Below the pieces are notes generated by a model. The model ran no database searches, had not been told where the DNA came from, and saw only the letters and a program-made list of their open reading frames with translations. A stretch of DNA of 43,773 bases from a virus (Duplodnaviria; Heunggongvirae; Uroviricota; Caudoviricetes). Where the stretch lies: the IMG/VR virus record IMGVR_UViG_2718218402_000005; one strand, 5' to 3'. Shown piece after piece: positions 39,072-43,773 of the stretch. The translations under genes were made by a program, and so were the position numbers. The stretch's first letter is position 1, and each line of letters starts with the position of its first letter.

Positions 39072-39890
39072 TTAAGGAGTTCTCCACGGAGGGCGCATTA
39101 CAGAAATGGTGGTCTGTTCTACCGTTCTTCAAGAGACGGTTATGGTTTTGAGGAAGACTGGGCAGAAGTTTATACCTCGAAAAATCTTCCACCAGAAAGC
39201 TACCCAGTCGGCGCACCAATCCCGTGGCCATCAGATACCGTTCCGTCTGGCTATGCCCTGATGCAGGGGCAGGCTTTTGACAAATCTGCATACCCGAAAC
39301 TTGCAGCGGCTTATCCGTCAGGCGTGATCCCTGATATGCGTGGCTGGACGATTAAGGGCAAACCTGCCAGTGGTCGGGCCGTATTGTCTCAGGAACAGGA
39401 CAGCATTAAATCGCATACCCACAGCGCCAGCGCATCCAGTACGGATTTGGGGACGAAAACCACATCGTCGTTTGATTACGGCACTAAATCCACGAATAAC
39501 ACTGGTGCGCATACCCATAGTTTAAGTGGCAGCACGAATGCAGCTGGTAATCACAGCCATAGAGATGGCCGTCGATTTAACCCCAGTGTTTTTAAAGATA
39601 CTTATCAATATGGTTATACAAGCTCAGGTCAAAATACCTGGGGTGTACAAGGCTCAGTAGGTATGTCTACGGGGTGGTTAGCGAATACCAGTACAGATGG
39701 TAATCATAGCCATTCACTGTCCGGCACAGCAGCATCTGCAGGTGCACACGCGCATACTGTCGGTATTGGTGCTCATACGCACTCCGTTGCGATTGGTTCA
39801 CATGGACACACCATCACCGTTAACGCTGCTGGTAACGCGGAAAACACCGTCAAAAACATCGCATTTAACTATATTGTGAGGCTTGCATAA
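39072..39890 (+). pseudogene. Side tail fibre gene stf, 3' fragment
   Basis: Frame open from 39072; PIPWPSD...[47 protein letters not shown]...[11 protein letters not shown] matches the lambda Stf C-terminus; no N-terminal part adjacent. Confidence 0.7.
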
Positions 39891-40465
39891 TGGCATTCAG
39901 AATGAGTGAACAACCACGGACCATAAAAATTTATAATCTGCTGGCCGGAACTAATGAATTTATTGGTGAAGGTGACGCATATATTCCGCCTCATACAGGT
40001 CTGCCAGCAAACAGTACCGATATTGCACCACCAGATATTCCTGCTGGCTTCGTGGCTGTTTTCAACAGTGATGAGGCATCGTGGCATCTCGTTGAAGATC
40101 ATCGGGGAAAAACCGTCTATGACGTGGCTTCCGGCGACGCGTTATTTATTTCTGAACTCGGTCCGTTACCGGAAAATGTTACCTGGTTATCGCCGGGAGG
40201 GGAATATCAGAAGTGGAACGGCACAGCCTGGGTGAAGGATACGGAAGCAGAAAAACTGTTCCGGATCCGGGAGGCGGAAGAAACAAAAAACAGCCTGATG
40301 CAGGTAGCCAGCGAGCATATTGCGCCGCTTCAGGATGCTGCAGATCTGGAAATTGCAACGGAGGAAGAAATCTCGTTGCTGGAAGCATGGAAAAAGTATC
40401 GGGTATTGCTGAACCGTGTTGATACGTCAACTGCACAGGATATTGAATGGCCAGCACTGCCGTAG
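39890..40465 (+). CDS. tfaQ: Tail fibre assembly protein (Tfa)
   Basis: ATG overlaps the stf stop (TAATG); [49 protein letters not shown]... typical Tfa. Confidence 0.8.
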   Translation: MAFRMSEQPRTIKIYNLLAGTNEFIGEGDAYIPPHTGLPANSTDIAPPDIPAGFVAVFNSDEASWHLVEDHRGKTVYDVASGDALFISELGPLPENVTWLSPGGEYQKWNGTAWVKDTEAEKLFRIREAEETKNSLMQVASEHIAPLQDAADLEIATEEEISLLEAWKKYRVLLNRVDTSTAQDIEWPALP

Positions 40466-40562
40466 GGTAAAACATATAAATTCTATAATTAGATGTATCT
40501 TTCCATTTACGGCAAGGAAGGGGGCTTGGAAGACGTAAAGCATCTCACACCGAGATTATTTT

Positions 40563-41153
40563 TTATATGTCAGGTGTCTGAAGTTTTGCTTTGGCTCTTA
40601 AAATGGTTTGCCGCGAGGTTTTGAATTCCCGGGCAATGGCACTTATACTTACACCTGACTTAATTCGTTCGAATACCGCCTGTTTCTGTTCTTCATTTAA
40701 CACAGGTGGTCGACCAAAACGTTTCCCTGCGCCGCGGGCTCTTACTATCCCGGAATGAGTGCGTTCAAGTAAAAGGTCTCGTTCAAATTCAGCGACTGCT
40801 GAAATTACTTGCATCATCATTTTTCCTGTTGGACTGGTCAGGTCAATGCCCCCCAATGCTAAGCAATGCACTCTGATACCTGTTTCGGTCAGTTGTTCCA
40901 CTGTTTTCCTGATATCCATTGCATTACAACCAAGGCGATCCAGTTTTGTCACAATCAATTGATCACCACATTTTAGGCGAGCAAGCAACCGGTTAAAACC
41001 AGGACGCTCACTGGTTGCTGCTGAGCCGCTAATGTGTTCTTCGATTATTTGCTGAGGTTTGATTTTAAAACCTGCACTTTCGATTTCCCGGCGTTGATTT
41101 TCGGTGGTCTGATCCAGCGTTGATATCCGACAGTAAGCAAAAATTTGAGACAT
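40563..41153 (-). CDS. pinQ: Pin/Gin/Hin-family serine DNA invertase
   Basis: N-terminal catalytic motif [14 protein letters not shown] and C-terminal HTH; 196 aa. Confidence 0.85.
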   Translation of the reverse strand: MSQIFAYCRISTLDQTTENQRREIESAGFKIKPQQIIEEHISGSAATSERPGFNRLLARLKCGDQLIVTKLDRLGCNAMDIRKTVEQLTETGIRVHCLALGGIDLTSPTGKMMMQVISAVAEFERDLLLERTHSGIVRARGAGKRFGRPPVLNEEQKQAVFERIKSGVSISAIAREFKTSRQTILRAKAKLQTPDI

Positions 41154-41469
41154 AGTGAGACTCTATACGAAATTGGTGTTCATATCATAATGCATCTCAG
41201 AAAATAATTATGATTATTTTTGTGCATATTTGTATGTACACGTTCGAAAATAAACGAATGCGTATGCAACCCCGTAATTTTGGTGAGACCCAAAATCGAT
41301 TTTGTGAAAAATGGCTTTAACTCGGTTTGTTTTTCGAGTTCCGGGCGGACTCAAGGAAGAAGAATAGTGTTGCGTGTTATTTTAACCAGATTTCAAGTTG
41401 TTTGGTCGTGGAAAAGTGGAGCAAAATGTTGTTAAAGTGGAAAAATGATAAAAAAGTAAGTTTATTATA

Positions 41470-41703
41470 TTACATTTTACCATTTAAATTTTGGTTGTCT
41501 TTAAGAACTGATATCGCTGTTTGTAATAATTCTTTGTTATCCAGCCATGATTTTTTCTTTATGTTTCCTTCAATGTAATCAAGCAATGTTCTGGTATTGA
41601 TAGGTCTTCCCTGTTTTGCTACTTCCACTACAGCATCCCCTAGGATAATTCTTACTTCAGGAAGCTGCGCAGGGAACCACTTTAGGGTGTCTTTTGATTT
41701 CAT
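41470..41703 (-). CDS. ydfK: YdfK/YnaE-like small prophage protein (77 aa)
   Basis: Internal Met gives MKSKDTLKWFPAQLPEVRIILGDAVVEVAKQGRPINTRTLLDYIEGNIKKKSWLDNKELL..., consistent with YdfK from memory; adjacent to pin. Confidence 0.6.
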   Translation of the reverse strand: MKSKDTLKWFPAQLPEVRIILGDAVVEVAKQGRPINTRTLLDYIEGNIKKKSWLDNKELLQTAISVLKDNQNLNGKM

Positions 41704-42489
41704 GAAGATATTCCTTAAAATATTATTGATTTTCATTGCGATATTGTATGTCTGATTCAGGATATGTTGACTTATACATCGGTTTTGTCTGGGTTATTGG
41801 ATATGCCAATCCCTAATTTTATTAGGGCATGACTAAAAATGCTGAATATGATAAGGAGAGATGTGATTATCAGTATGCTGTTCATATAGCCTCGAATTAG
41901 TAATGTGTTATATATGATATAGTTGACAATTTTTATCTTGGGTGTTCTTAAAGTTCGTAGATAAACATTGTCGTTTCAGGTATACAGGAATGCTAACAGG
42001 TGGCAGCAAAAATCAGGCGGTTTATGGCGCAAGCTGAAGCGGCAACTGCAAACTATCTTATGCAGAGACTCTACACGGATTGGGTTTAAAAGTATACATA
42101 GATAACAGTTTTTATCTGAAAAAGAAAAATATCAAGGTGATATAGCCTATATGCCTTTGATGCGGAGGAATGAATGTGATGGGAGTGATGTATCTGAATA
42201 GTTGAAAAACCGCAGACACGCCTTATGCAAGAACGTGCTGCGATTGGCTGGTAAATTTTTCGATAGTGTGAGTATTGAATGATTTCCAGCCGTTCTTGAT
42301 TTTACGCATAAATCCATGAAAAAACTACTTATCTGTTGGGGAGTTTTTTTGGGGCATATATGGGACAGAAATAGGCCCCAGATAGACACTGAGATCGAAC
42401 TTAGGATGCTTTTTAAAAAAATGCAACTATCTGAAAAAACCTAGAAAACGCCAAGGAAACCACAGGATGGGAAAAAACACCTGTGAATT

Positions 42490-43773
42490 ATGGATTTCCA
42501 GTTATATTCGCTCGGCGCAGCGTTGGTGTTTCATGAAATATTTTTTCCTGAATCATCAACGGCAATGGCGTTAATTCTGGCAATGGGAACCTACGGTGCA
42601 GGTTATGTCGCGCGTATTGTCGGAGCATTTATTTTCGGCAAAATGGGCGACAGAATAGGGCGTAAAAAAGTGCTCTTTATTACCATCACCATGATGGGGA
42701 TCTGTACCACCTTAATTGGTGTGTTACCGACCTATGCACAGATTGGTGTTTTTGCCCCCATCTTGCTGGTGACGCTGCGTATTATTCAGGGGTTGGGTGC
42801 AGGTGCGGAAATTTCCGGTGCCGGTACGATGCTGGCGGAATATGCACCAAAAGGTAAGCGCGGAATTATCTCCTCATTTGTAGCTATGGGAACTAACTGC
42901 GGAACCTTGAGCGCAACGGCAATCTGGGCCTTTATGTTCTTCATTCTCAGTAAAGAGGAACTGCTGGCGTGGGGATGGCGTATACCGTTCCTGGCGAGCG
43001 TTGTCGTGATGGTCTTTGCTATCTGGTTACGTATGAATCTGAAAGAAAGCCCGGTCTTTGAGAAGGTTAATGACAGCAACCAACCCACAGCAAAACCTGC
43101 ACCTGCTGGTAGCATGTTCCAGAGCAAATCCTTCTGGCTGGCAACAGGGCTGCGTTTTGGTCAGGCGGGTAACTCCGGGTTAATTCAGACTTTCCTTGCA
43201 GGCTATTTAGTGCAGACGTTATTGTTTAACAAAGCAATTCCAACAGATGCATTGATGATTAGTTCGATTCTCGGCTTTATGACCATTCCGTTCCTTGGTT
43301 GGTTATCCGATAAAATTGGTCGCCGGATCCCGTATATTATTATGAATACCTCCGCGATTGTGCTGGCATGGCCAATGCTTTCTATCATTGTAGATAAAAG
43401 CTATGCCCCGAGCACCATTATGGTTGCACTGATTGTGATTCATAACTGTGCGGTGCTGGGATTATTTGCTCTGGAAAACATTACCATGGCAGAAATGTTC
43501 GGCTGTAAAAACCGCTTTACCCGGATGGCTATTTCTAAAGAAATTGGTGGTCTTATCGCTTCCGGTTTTGGTCCTATCCTGGCGGGTATTTTCTGCACCA
43601 TGACGGAATCCTGGTATCCGATCGCCATTATGATCATGGCATATTCAGTAATTGGTTTAATCTCTGCGCTGAAAATGCCAGAGGTGAAAGACCGTGATTT
43701 AAGTGCGCTGGAAGACGCTGCGGAAGATCAACCGCGTGTTGTAAGAGCTGCGCAACCTTCCAGAAGTCTGTAA
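42490..43773 (+). CDS. ydfJ: MFS-family transporter (YdfJ-like), probable host gene at the prophage boundary
   Basis: 427-aa ORF with many TM helices; stop is the last codon of the window; preceded by AT-rich non-coding DNA. Confidence 0.7.
   Translation: MDFQLYSLGAALVFHEIFFPESSTAMALILAMGTYGAGYVARIVGAFIFGKMGDRIGRKKVLFITITMMGICTTLIGVLPTYAQIGVFAPILLVTLRIIQGLGAGAEISGAGTMLAEYAPKGKRGIISSFVAMGTNCGTLSATAIWAFMFFILSKEELLAWGWRIPFLASVVVMVFAIWLRMNLKESPVFEKVNDSNQPTAKPAPAGSMFQSKSFWLATGLRFGQAGNSGLIQTFLAGYLVQTLLFNKAIPTDALMISSILGFMTIPFLGWLSDKIGRRIPYIIMNTSAIVLAWPMLSIIVDKSYAPSTIMVALIVIHNCAVLGLFALENITMAEMFGCKNRFTRMAISKEIGGLIASGFGPILAGIFCTMTESWYPIAIMIMAYSVIGLISALKMPEVKDRDLSALEDAAEDQPRVVRAAQPSRSL

Noticed and set aside
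39043-39095. Imperfect inverted repeat ACCAAC...GTTGGT after the ydfC stop, considered as a terminator or recombination site
   Set aside because: Stem is short with a 9-nt loop and no T-run; coincides with the end of homology but gives no clear functional signature
42147-42389. 80-aa minus-strand ORF between the ydfK-like gene and ydfJ
   Set aside because: AT-rich intergenic DNA, no ribosome-binding site, no conservation evidence

Overview
This window reads as Escherichia-type chromosome made almost entirely of mosaic, defective lambdoid prophage DNA at the ydfJ (Qin-type) locus; all family names below are from reading the translations and from memory, with no database search. Unit 1 (about 1-28416, + orientation) has DicF sRNA and ydfC/B/A-like genes, a CI-like repressor with divergent cro-like gene, an IS911-like IS3 element, an iteron-bearing replication gene, a variable nin-like region with hok, a DUF968/HNH protein, RusA, a Q-like protein, an orphan DNA methyltransferase, three tRNAs, an internally deleted IS66-family element, a pinholin/SAR-endolysin/Rz/Rz1 lysis cassette interrupted by an unassigned 329-aa ORF, a lambda-like cos site and head genes Nu1-A-W-B-C-D. 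The capsid gene E is truncated, all tail genes are missing, and only fragments of lom and the 5' part of stf remain. Unit 2 (about 28560-39093, inverted) is a second early region with DicA/DicC, a different iteron replication gene, hok, ydfU-like, rusA, a Q-like gene and the same three tRNAs. It sits between the stf 5' fragment and an stf 3' fragment, which is followed by tfa, a Pin-type invertase, ydfK-like and the MFS transporter ydfJ. The best candidate for an undescribed system is an AT-rich three-gene cargo island in Unit 2 (about 32570-35460): a 4-TM membrane protein, a SAM-methyltransferase-fold protein, and a convergent 299-aa protein with an R-x4-H motif. The second candidate is the 329-aa ORF translationally coupled to the holin.
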